In this document: positions 1-8,702 of the stretch, in pieces | Layout: each line of letters begins with the position of its first letter | Numbering within the stretch: the first letter of the stretch is position 1 | Assembly (NCBI GenBank): GCA_964389675.1 | Contig: CAYMEV010000002.1 | Location: forward strand, 62,001 to 126,000 | From: an uncultured Candidatus Sumerlaeota bacterium | Lineage (GTDB): Bacteria; CAYMEV01 | DNA: 64,000 nucleotides | Direction: 5' to 3' | The notes under the pieces: model-generated | Told to the model about the DNA's origin: nothing | The model's input: only the letters and a program-made list of their open reading frames with translations | Databases searched by the model: none | Program-made: the position numbers and the translations under genes

Positions 1-4
1 TCCC

Positions 5-1699
5 TTATTTAATTATCAGGTAAAGGTCTGAAACTCCTCCTGTCCCGCCATAATCCAGGGCTGAGATCCTTATGTCAACTGGAACTCCTTTGGGGAATTC
101 AGATGTGAGATCAAAGCTGTCTGGGGAAAAAGTGAAGCCGGAAGGCTCCAGTTGGGGCACTTTAATCCCATTATATTCCACTGGTTCCACTGAACCGATT
201 ATGAAGCGCTTATTAATTCCAGGAGAATTAATTTCAAACAGGATGAAATTATCAATATACCATGAATCTTTGCCCTCAGAATCACCGGCTAGTATAACCT
301 TCTGATTCTCTTCAACTGCAATTGTCCCTTCATACTGATCTGTCAAATGGTAAGGGACCTTATCCCAGGTACTGGTTGTAATGCTTACAGGGTCATAAAC
401 ATTCGATTTGAAATTTGCAGAGCTCTGTCTGGGTATCTCACTGAATATACGGTAAATAACATCATTTTTAACCGGACTGGTAAAATCATATGAAATTACA
501 ATATTTTCCCAGCATGCTTTTCCCCTGTCATAGGCTGTTGCCTGATCATCCCCTATATAAACCCATTCGCCTGTCATACCGTCTGTCCCGCTTGTACCTA
601 GCCCGGAACCGACATCAATTGTACCCGGGTTAATACCTTTTGCTGTTCCGGCATGCCGGCCATCAATGTAAATATCATAGCTTTTATTTCCAGGAAATGC
701 ATCAATCCTGATTTGATACTGTATTCCAACTTCCATATCCATGATTTTGGTATTGGCCGGCCGCAAATAGTGGAGAGCTGTCCCCCAGTCAATGTGCAGA
801 TGGACAAAAGAATCACTGTAAAGGATAAACCAGTGGTTGTCCTTTGTTTTAAGCATAAAATCAAATGAAACAGAATAGTCCTGTGTAAAATCATAGGGGC
901 GCTTTTGTGTTGCAAAACCAGTACCATTCTCCATTGATTCGATGCATATCTGATTAATGCCGATATCCACAGTGTTTCCTCCTGATGATACAGGGTACCA
1001 GCCCAGAACTCCAGCTCCTGCACCGACATTAAGTACAATATATCCATATACAATTCCATCTGCAGTGCCTCTCCCTGGAGTAAGGGTATATACTCCGGCA
1101 GGAAGAGTCTGGCCCACCAGGCTTTTTCCCAGGTTATTGCCGGAAATATCAATTACTTTTGGCCCGGGGTTGTGAATGTTATGGGGGGATATAAACTGCA
1201 TAAATGCCCTGCCCTGGCCGTCCCTGAAAATTCCCATTCCGTCTGTTCCATCATAAAAAGAGTCCACAATTTGTGTCGGTGAGCAAAGAATGACAATATT
1301 GCCTTCATACCTTGGTGATGTTACTGCAGTCTGTCTTCCCCATAGGGTGATTTTCTCAGGGCTGAATTCTGTATCAAGGAGAATGCTGACAGAGCCGATA
1401 CTCGTCCTTATAGTATACTCCCCGGGAGGCAATAACCCGGAAAACTTCTGGCCTTTTTCTACTGTTACGAACAGACTGCCGTTTCGAAAGACTGAAAAAC
1501 TGTCCGCATTCTGTGAAACGCTGATGATCTTTGCATTATTCGTAAGATTGACGGTATTACCGCTTTGTGTGGGGCCTCCGAAAGAAGAACCTTCCTTCTG
1601 TGACCCCCATAGATTATACTGAATTGCATAGATCAATGAAAAATTCAATAATAAGAAAATCATTGAAAAAAAAGCAAATTTTTTAAGATAATTGTTCAT
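5..1699 (-). CDS. Secreted multidomain beta-rich protein (two N-terminal repeats, possible lectin/LamG-like middle domain)
   Basis: 564-aa ORF with N-terminal signal peptide (MNNYLKKFAFFSMIFLLLNFSLIYA). Internal repeat LWGxQ...GNxVxL...LPxGxY. 'SYDIYIDG' segment is typical of concanavalin-like folds. RBS-like AAGGGA upstream. Confidence 0.55.
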   Translation of the reverse strand: MNNYLKKFAFFSMIFLLLNFSLIYAIQYNLWGSQKEGSSFGGPTQSGNTVNLTNNAKIISVSQNADSFSVFRNGSLFVTVEKGQKFSGLLPPGEYTIRTSIGSVSILLDTEFSPEKITLWGRQTAVTSPRYEGNIVILCSPTQIVDSFYDGTDGMGIFRDGQGRAFMQFISPHNIHNPGPKVIDISGNNLGKSLVGQTLPAGVYTLTPGRGTADGIVYGYIVLNVGAGAGVLGWYPVSSGGNTVDIGINQICIESMENGTGFATQKRPYDFTQDYSVSFDFMLKTKDNHWFILYSDSFVHLHIDWGTALHYLRPANTKIMDMEVGIQYQIRIDAFPGNKSYDIYIDGRHAGTAKGINPGTIDVGSGLGTSGTDGMTGEWVYIGDDQATAYDRGKACWENIVISYDFTSPVKNDVIYRIFSEIPRQSSANFKSNVYDPVSITTSTWDKVPYHLTDQYEGTIAVEENQKVILAGDSEGKDSWYIDNFILFEINSPGINKRFIIGSVEPVEYNGIKVPQLEPSGFTFSPDSFDLTSEFPKGVPVDIRISALDYGGTGGVSDLYLIIK

Positions 1700-1898
1700 A
1701 AATATTTGTCCCCTTAAATATTTGAATTTAATGTATAATTAAGGCTATCATGAAAAGATATAAATCAAAAGTATTTTTCATGAATAGCATAAGGTCAGTG
1801 AAAAGATACTATCTTCATATTTAAATTAATTAAATATAGAAAAGGTAAATAAATCCTCTTTAGCATTATTAAGCAGTCCAGGCCAGAAATGAAAAATC

Positions 1899-1926
1899 TT
1901 GTGCAGAAGGCATTATGTGATATTAT
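1899..1926 (+). promoter_or_regulatory. Putative sigma70 promoter (TTGTGC-16-TATTAT with TGn extended -10)
   Basis: Motif lies just upstream of RBS AAGGAGG and the ATG at 1951. Confidence 0.35.
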
Positions 1927-1950
1927 CATAATTAAAGGAGGTTTTATAAA

Positions 1951-2367
1951 ATGAGAAAGATTATGCTGATTATCATTGCCGGGCTGATTGCATTTTCCTC
2001 AGTTCTAATTCTGTCAGAAAATACAGTCAATGTCGCCAGCATGCCACCAGTTGTCATAAAAACATGCCCCCAGGCGGGGGATACCAAGGTAGATCCGGGA
2101 TTAGGAGAGATAAGCGTTACCTTCAGCAAGGATATGATGACGGACAATATGTGGTCATGGGTAAAGATTTCTGATGATACCTTTCCTGAAATTACAGGGG
2201 ATGTAAAATACATGAAGGATAAAAGAACCTGTGTTGCACCCGTAAAACTTGAACCAGGTAAGACTTATGTGATCTGGTTAAACAGTGATAAAATGAGCGG
2301 ATTCAGGGATCTTGCCAATATTCCTGCTGTACCCTATCTTCTTGTTTTTCAGACAAAGGGAAAGTGA
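1951..2367 (+). CDS. Secreted single Ig-like (Big_5/SbsA-type) domain protein
   Basis: Signal peptide, then PPVVIKTCPQAGDTKVDP...ISVTFSKDM...LEPGKTYVIWLN...PYLLVFQT, the pattern of Big_5-like domains. Strong RBS. Confidence 0.7.
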   Translation: MRKIMLIIIAGLIAFSSVLILSENTVNVASMPPVVIKTCPQAGDTKVDPGLGEISVTFSKDMMTDNMWSWVKISDDTFPEITGDVKYMKDKRTCVAPVKLEPGKTYVIWLNSDKMSGFRDLANIPAVPYLLVFQTKGK

Positions 2368-2456
2368 ACTGGAACAGCGGATCACTGATCGAGAGGAAAG
2401 CTCGATTGACAGGTTTAAGGGCACAGGATGCTTCTATTATAATGTGTGGACCAGGT

Positions 2457-2762
2457 TCAATATTGAAGATCTCCTGTAAAAACAAACCCAAGTATTCCGA
2501 ATGATACAATTGAGCCCTTTCTATTAAGGGTTGAGCAGATGATATAATTTTTATACCTGAAACTTGTAATATCAACGATCATATCTGTAAATCCAACTTC
2601 AGCATTAATATCACCAGCAAGCCCTTTGCCTGCTGTCTGATCCCTGAGGGCCTGTTTTATATTCTCTATGTGCTTCTCCTGAGATGGATTTGTAATTGCA
2701 AGTACTGCGGCAATTATAAAGATAATTGCAATTATTTTTGCCGGGCTGTTCTTTTGACTCAT
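2457..2762 (-). CDS. Small membrane-anchored protein, DUF4359-like
   Basis: N-terminal TM followed by LAITNPS..H and C-terminal NYIICS...GILGFVF motifs. Confidence 0.6.
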   Translation of the reverse strand: MSQKNSPAKIIAIIFIIAAVLAITNPSQEKHIENIKQALRDQTAGKGLAGDINAEVGFTDMIVDITSFRYKNYIICSTLNRKGSIVSFGILGFVFTGDLQY

Positions 2763-2846
2763 TCTACATTCATATTCCTTTTTTTAATAGCAGTATTATA
2801 TTACATTTCATTGATATTTAGCAATAAAAAATTACTTCGATATGCT

Positions 2847-2875
2847 TTGTATTTAGCTGTTTCAGGTATTATAAT
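2847..2875 (+). promoter_or_regulatory. Putative sigma70 promoter TTGTAT-17-TATAAT
   Basis: Consensus -10 with 17-bp spacer, 55 bp upstream of the HD gene. Confidence 0.5.
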
Positions 2876-2930
2876 TAATAGATATAAAAAATACAGGGAA
2901 TAATGATCCTTATTCGGGGAGTTTAGTATT

Positions 2931-3539
2931 ATGCATTTTTCAAGATTCAAAAAACAGTTGGAATTTATTATTGAGATAGACAAGGTGAAGAGCATCTTCA
3001 GGCGTACCAGGCTGTTTGATTCATCAAGGCATGAGAATGACAGTGAACATGCATGGCATTTAAGTATGATGGCAATGATTTTGAGCGAATATTCAAATGC
3101 TGAGATTGATCTGCTTAGGGTCATTAAAATGCTTTTAATCCACGATATTGTTGAAATAGATGCAGGTGATACATTCCTGTATGATGAAAACAGGGATGAT
3201 GCATTTATCAGTGAAGAAAAGGCTGCTAAGAGGATATTCGGGCTGCTGCCTGATGATCAGGCTGAGGAATTCTATTCTTTATGGAGGGAATTTGAGGAAA
3301 AGAACAGCAATGAAGCAAGGTTTGCTGGAGCCCTTGATCGATTGGAGCCAGTTATGCAGAACTATTTCAATCACGGATACGCCTGGAACAAACATATGGT
3401 CAGAAGCAGCCAGGTACTGGAAAAAAACAGCTGTATTAAGGATGGATCACAGCATCTATGGAAATATGCCTGCAATTTAATAGCTGAATGTGTAGAAAAG
3501 GGGTATATAGATAATTATGGAGAAGATAAAGATAAGTAA
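2931..3539 (+). CDS. HD-domain phosphohydrolase (HD_3 / YfbR-like 5'-deoxynucleotidase family)
   Basis: ENDSEHAWH, LIHDIVEIDAGD, LWREFEE and ALDRLEP motifs. Confidence 0.88.
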   Translation: MHFSRFKKQLEFIIEIDKVKSIFRRTRLFDSSRHENDSEHAWHLSMMAMILSEYSNAEIDLLRVIKMLLIHDIVEIDAGDTFLYDENRDDAFISEEKAAKRIFGLLPDDQAEEFYSLWREFEEKNSNEARFAGALDRLEPVMQNYFNHGYAWNKHMVRSSQVLEKNSCIKDGSQHLWKYACNLIAECVEKGYIDNYGEDKDK

Positions 3540-4101
3540 TTATTCTGATAAATGGCCGACAGTATTTGAGGAACTTAGAGAAGTATTTGAATTTTACCTC
3601 GGTTCCCTGATTTGTGGGATATATCATGTAGGAAGCACATCTGTAGCGGGCCTTGCTGCAAAGCCAATTATAGATATCGACCTTGAAATTGATTCAGATG
3701 ATAAGCTCCAAAAGGCTATATTAAAGCTTAAAAAGCTTGGCTATATTTATCTCGGAGACCTGGGGATAAAAAACAGGGAGGCATTCAAGCAGGAAAATAA
3801 CAGGGTGCCTTTGACGAAAAAAGACAGGGTGTGGCACAAACACAATCTTTATGTATGTTCCAAAGGGGCTCTCAGCATTCAGAATCACCTGGCTTTCAGG
3901 GATTTCCTGAGGGCTAATCCTGATAAGGCAAGAGAATACGGTGAGCTTAAAAAAAGGATTGCAAGAGATGATCCATACGGCTTTGATACTTACTGTATGA
4001 AAAAGACCCCGTTTATCCTGGAAATACTCAAAATTATTGGTTTTAAGGAAAATGAGATAAAAGAAATAAGGATGCAAAACAGATATATGAAAAGGATTTA
4101 A
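3517..4101 (+). CDS. GrpB/UPF0157 family protein (nucleotidyltransferase-like fold)
   Basis: HVGSTSVAGLAAKPIIDID, HLAFRDFLR and EYGELKK motifs. Overlaps the HD gene by 23 bp. Confidence 0.9.
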   Translation: MEKIKISNYSDKWPTVFEELREVFEFYLGSLICGIYHVGSTSVAGLAAKPIIDIDLEIDSDDKLQKAILKLKKLGYIYLGDLGIKNREAFKQENNRVPLTKKDRVWHKHNLYVCSKGALSIQNHLAFRDFLRANPDKAREYGELKKRIARDDPYGFDTYCMKKTPFILEILKIIGFKENEIKEIRMQNRYMKRI

Positions 4102-7100
4102 TCAGAATTCAGACATCCTTGTCTTGTATTCAAACCTCGGTGCAGCTTCGTATAGATCCTTATAAGCATCAAATGCTCTTTGTTTATGCTGTTCCTTCCG
4201 GGAGATTTTCCAGAGCTGATAATATATTTCAGCCTTGATATCATCATCACTGCAGTCATCAATCAGGCCCTCCAAAGCTGAAATGGACTGTTGAGGTTCT
4301 GTATATGATAATATTTTGTATTTTTCTATCATGGCCTTTGCCATTTCCTCGGGTAAAGAGGCTTTTTCAGCTGTTTCAATGGCTCTCAGGTTTAATTCGG
4401 ATGCCTTACTTATGTTCCCAAGTTCTATAAATATGCTGGTTTTCATGTTTAGGTACCGGCAAAGACTGTTTTGGAGCTTTAGATTAGAAAAAGTATTGAT
4501 GGCTTTATCTATATATTCTAATGATTTCTGGTAATCTTTTTTAATATAATATACATTTGCTATATTGCCTGCTGATATTCCATAAGCTCTTAGGTCCCCG
4601 ATCTCTTCTGAAATATTTCTATGAATTTCAAAACATTCCAGTGCCTGCTGAAATTTGCCCTGGTCAAAATATACATATCCCATATTGGTAATGGCGAATC
4701 CAAATCTCATCCTGTCATTTATTTCCTGATAAAGATTTACAGATTCTTCATAATTTCCCAAAGCCTTTTCAAATTGTCCCTGGTTATAGTAAATATTACC
4801 TATACTTCCCACTGCAAATCCTTGCCCTGTTTTGTAACCTATTTCCTTTGATATCTCCAAGAGCGTTTCAAAGCATTCCAGTGCTTTCTCATTGTCATTC
4901 CTGAATAAATAAATGTTTCCAAGGTTCCCTAAAGCATTTGAGCGGCCCCTCTTATCACCGATCTCCTTTGAAACATCATGGGATGTCGAGTAATGCTTGA
5001 GTGCTTCTTCAAAGCTACCCATCACATAATATATGTTTCCCAGACTGCACATGGCATTCTTGTACTCTCTTTTGTCCCCTATCTCCAGAGTTATTTTCCC
5101 GTAATCCTGAAAATATTTCAGTGCTTTTTCATAATCACCAAGAATATAATACACATTGCCTATATTGCCCAAAGCTATGCCATAGTCGCGTTTTTCTTCA
5201 CTTTTCCTGCTTAATTCCTTATAGGATTCATAGTATTCAAGGGCCATTATGTAATCGGATAGAAGATAGTATACATTGCCTATTTCGTTAAGAATCGAGG
5301 AATAATTTGCCCTGTCGTTTAGTTTTATGCATAATTCCTTGTATTCTTCATAATAGCTAATCGCTTCCTTAAGATGTGATTGCTCAAAATAATAGTTGCC
5401 GATATTATAGATTGTTTCCGCATAATCATTTGAGATCTGATTATTTTTAAATATCCCCAGAGACTTATCTAAAGCTTCTTTGGCTTTTTCATAGTATCCC
5501 TGCTTGATGTTAATGCTTCCGGAGATATTATATGCCTTCCCATGGAGTCTCAAGAAGCCTCTTGTTTCTGCACTTTCAATTATTTCCTCCAATAATTCTG
5601 CCGCTGCATCCCATCTGCTCAGGGCTTCAAGCGATATAGCTTTTTTTAGCAGTATTTGAAGCCTTTTTTCTTTATTGTTTTCGGGGATAATTTGTAATAC
5701 TGTATCATACAGCCTCAGGGCCTTCTCATTAAAATGCCTGTCCTGGCTTGAATCTGCGCATTCTGTATAATATCTTACTGCTTTATCTTTTACGCCGGCT
5801 TCCATGAAGTGGTATGCTGTTTCTTCCAGAAGAGAATTCCGGAACCTGCCGGGCAATGTCTCAAGGTATTCCCCCAGGAGCCGGTTCAATAAATTTTTAT
5901 CATCAATAGTCTGCTTTACTATATCCTTAAGGAAGGTGCTGCTGAAGTTTACTGCCATGTAATTATGAAACCTTATGAACTTTAGTATCTCCTGATTTTC
6001 CAGAAGTATGAGAATTTTGCTGAGATCTTTGTTATAGAGGTTCCTGAGCAGGCTGTTAAGCATTTCAAAGGATAGATCAACCCTTAGAAGGGACATTATA
6101 TGCAGCACCAATCTTATCGTCCTGTCCGATAATACACCTTCCATTCTCTTTCTGGCTATTTCCTGAATATTTTTGTTTATATCTTTATTTTTCAGGTATT
6201 TATGGGATTTCCAGCAGCCATTCTCTTTATAAATGAAGCCTTCTGCAATTAGCGATTTTATCAGTTCTGAAAGGAATAACGGTTTACCTCCTGCCATATC
6301 CCGAATCTGGCCTGCTGAATCTTTTATGCTTTCGTCGATGAAGTGCCTGCCAAAAATATTTATTAAATAATCTCCAGTACCCTGCTCATCCAGTTCTTTG
6401 AGAGTACAGGCCTCTGTCCTTCTGTTTATCAGAATCTCAGTAATATTATTATTTTCACCCATCATATCTTCACTAAGGCTTGCAAAAAATGCAAAATTTT
6501 GTCCATTATTATCCCGGAACTCTATTTTTTCGAGAAGGCGTTTTAATATTCCGGCAGAACCTTCCTCCAGCCATTGAAGGTTGTATATTGCTATTACTGC
6601 TTTCCTGCTGAGTGAAGAAAAGAAATCGAGAAAATAATCAGATATTCTTTCAGTGATAATTTCCCTTAAAGCTTTCTGGTTTTTTATGCTCAGATCATGG
6701 TATCCTCTAAAAAGTGGATGGTCTGGTAAAAGGTATCTCAGATGGGTTGAATATTCCAAAAGAAGGCCCTGCCCTGAATTTGATACCATGTTCTGCAATA
6801 AATCTGATATTAAACAATATTCTGTTACTTCGCCTTCTGAACAGGATGCTTCATAAAAATCAATATTATTTGACCTGCAGTACCTTCCAAATTCCTTAAA
6901 AAGCCTGGTCTTTCCTATGCCGGCTGGCCCGGAATAAATATGGAAATTTATGCTCTTTTCATCAAGTCTGGATTTCATCCCGGCAAGGTCGTTTTGCCTG
7001 TCTGCAAAACTGCATCCTAAAGTATAGCTCTCTCTTGTCTGGGACGTTTCTATCTCAAATGATGTATTGAAAAATTTATTAATATCATCAATTATCTCTG

Positions 7101-7893
7101 TGCTGTTTCTATGCCTTTCAGCTTTATCAAAAGAAAGGAAACGCCTTAAAATTTGGCGGCATCTGTCGTCCTTCAAAAGACTTAATGCATTCTCCCGGTG
7201 TTCCTCAAATACCTTCTGTTCTTTCATTACATTTATATCAAAATTCTCATGGCTGATATTGTCTGCAAGGTAGTACTTCCTTCCTGCAATCATTTCATAA
7301 AGCAATACTCCAAGCGAAAAATAGTCTGAGCTGAAGCTGATATCCCCTGTAAGAGACTCAGGGGCTTTATAAAGCAGTTCTTTACCTGGCTTTCCTTCAA
7401 TCAGATACCTGGTTTCAGAAAGACCGAAATCAAGAAGTACAGGGATATTATTTGAAATTATTATATTTGAAGGACTGATTTCACTGTATAATAGATCTCT
7501 GCTGTGTATAAAATCCAGGGCCCTTGAAACCTGTGCGGTTATTTGCAGGATCTCCACCAGATGAAGCTGTTTATGTGAAGATATAATATTTCTTAGCGAT
7601 TCACCCTCGAGGTATTCCATTACAATAAAGAAGCTCTCATCCATAATGCCAAAATCATATATCTGCACTATATTTGGATGTTTAAGGTTTTTGATTATAT
7701 CATATTTTTTATTTATATCCCTTAAGGTAAGTCCTTCCGCGCTATTAAATTCTGACGGATTTATGATCTTTAAGGCAAAGGAAGCATTATCCATCAGGAG
7801 ATCATGGACAAGATAGAGATACCCATTGCTTCCTGTGCCAATAGTGCTGACGGGCTGATACCTGCAATTTATTACGGGAATTTTGTCTTCCAT
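4102..7893 (-). CDS. Protein kinase-like (probable pseudokinase) - STAND/AAA_16 NTPase - TPR repeat protein
   Basis: Kinase motifs GTGSNG, ALK, HPNIV, DFG, APE. Walker A GPAGIGKT; GGKPLFL (GxP). At least nine 40-aa TPRs (GNIGNVYY). Confidence 0.85.
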   Translation of the reverse strand: MEDKIPVINCRYQPVSTIGTGSNGYLYLVHDLLMDNASFALKIINPSEFNSAEGLTLRDINKKYDIIKNLKHPNIVQIYDFGIMDESFFIVMEYLEGESLRNIISSHKQLHLVEILQITAQVSRALDFIHSRDLLYSEISPSNIIISNNIPVLLDFGLSETRYLIEGKPGKELLYKAPESLTGDISFSSDYFSLGVLLYEMIAGRKYYLADNISHENFDINVMKEQKVFEEHRENALSLLKDDRCRQILRRFLSFDKAERHRNSTEIIDDINKFFNTSFEIETSQTRESYTLGCSFADRQNDLAGMKSRLDEKSINFHIYSGPAGIGKTRLFKEFGRYCRSNNIDFYEASCSEGEVTEYCLISDLLQNMVSNSGQGLLLEYSTHLRYLLPDHPLFRGYHDLSIKNQKALREIITERISDYFLDFFSSLSRKAVIAIYNLQWLEEGSAGILKRLLEKIEFRDNNGQNFAFFASLSEDMMGENNNITEILINRRTEACTLKELDEQGTGDYLINIFGRHFIDESIKDSAGQIRDMAGGKPLFLSELIKSLIAEGFIYKENGCWKSHKYLKNKDINKNIQEIARKRMEGVLSDRTIRLVLHIMSLLRVDLSFEMLNSLLRNLYNKDLSKILILLENQEILKFIRFHNYMAVNFSSTFLKDIVKQTIDDKNLLNRLLGEYLETLPGRFRNSLLEETAYHFMEAGVKDKAVRYYTECADSSQDRHFNEKALRLYDTVLQIIPENNKEKRLQILLKKAISLEALSRWDAAAELLEEIIESAETRGFLRLHGKAYNISGSINIKQGYYEKAKEALDKSLGIFKNNQISNDYAETIYNIGNYYFEQSHLKEAISYYEEYKELCIKLNDRANYSSILNEIGNVYYLLSDYIMALEYYESYKELSRKSEEKRDYGIALGNIGNVYYILGDYEKALKYFQDYGKITLEIGDKREYKNAMCSLGNIYYVMGSFEEALKHYSTSHDVSKEIGDKRGRSNALGNLGNIYLFRNDNEKALECFETLLEISKEIGYKTGQGFAVGSIGNIYYNQGQFEKALGNYEESVNLYQEINDRMRFGFAITNMGYVYFDQGKFQQALECFEIHRNISEEIGDLRAYGISAGNIANVYYIKKDYQKSLEYIDKAINTFSNLKLQNSLCRYLNMKTSIFIELGNISKASELNLRAIETAEKASLPEEMAKAMIEKYKILSYTEPQQSISALEGLIDDCSDDDIKAEIYYQLWKISRKEQHKQRAFDAYKDLYEAAPRFEYKTRMSEF
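4465..5544 (-). repeat. Nine tandem 40-aa (120-bp) TPR units
   Basis: Recurring YG.ALGN(I/L)GN(V/I)YY..GD(Y/F)EKAL.....EIGD at exact 40-residue period. Confidence 0.85.
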
Positions 7894-8129
7894 ACCATAA
7901 CCGGTTAATATAATAAACTATTATCAGAAAATACTATTTAAATCAAATATTAACACCACTTTTTAAAGAGGGGCAGAATTTTCAGGAAAAATAATGCCTC
8001 ATAAAAGCCATGCTGAATATAAAGGTATAAATATAAAAATATTAAGATATGAATTCTTTTCTTTTTTAAATTTGATGGTAATCTAAAAATAATATATCTG
8101 AATAAAAATATTAAAAAGGGGGATTGCAC

Positions 8130-8534
8130 ATGAAAAGACCTATAAATGCTGCCCTGCTGATTGGATTAATAGGTATATTCACCATTGGGTCAAGCCTTTC
8201 TGTAAGCCTTTACCGGGTATTCTGGGGAGATGATGATATTTATTGGACTCCTCAGTCAATGAGTCTGCCATACAAAGAATCAAGTGATTATTTTCAGATC
8301 TATATAGGAGATGAGCTCTTTAGCAATTATCTTGCAAAAGGATATCTAACAGGCCTTGATGATGAGGGCAATCAGTTTAAAATCGTCGAAGATGATATAA
8401 GCTTCCGCCTGAACAACTGGAATAAGACACAGGCTGTCATATTGAAGACAAGTGTCCTGACAGCCTTCCTTTTCGGGATAAGCGTATCCTGTTTTATCAT
8501 TGGCATTCTTAAGGTCTTTAAGAATAAGGACTGA
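8130..8534 (+). CDS. Hypothetical two-TM membrane protein
   Basis: ATG at 8130 after an AAGGGGG RBS. N- and C-terminal hydrophobic helices flank a soluble loop (DIYWTP...RLNNW). Confidence 0.65.
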   Translation: MKRPINAALLIGLIGIFTIGSSLSVSLYRVFWGDDDIYWTPQSMSLPYKESSDYFQIYIGDELFSNYLAKGYLTGLDDEGNQFKIVEDDISFRLNNWNKTQAVILKTSVLTAFLFGISVSCFIIGILKVFKNKD

Positions 8535-8702
8535 TACAGGTTTACTCAATAGATCATAATCAAGCTGATCTGAAAGGTACTAATTTTATATAATATTTTG
8601 ACCGGATCCTGCTGAGGTTTTAATATTAAATCATTCTCCAGGTTTGAGTAAAGTGCCGGATTTTCTTAAGGAGAGGAATGTTTTACATGGCCGGGTGAAA
8701 TT

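Noticed and set aside
2406-2443. Perfect TTGACA and TATAAT hexamers
   Set aside because: The spacer is 26 bp, far from 16-18, and it would point into the 3' end of a convergent gene.
4465-5544. CRISPR-like or DGR-like periodic DNA repeats
   Set aside because: The 120-bp periodicity is explained by in-frame TPR coding. There are no identical repeat-spacer units, cas genes or reverse transcriptase in the window.
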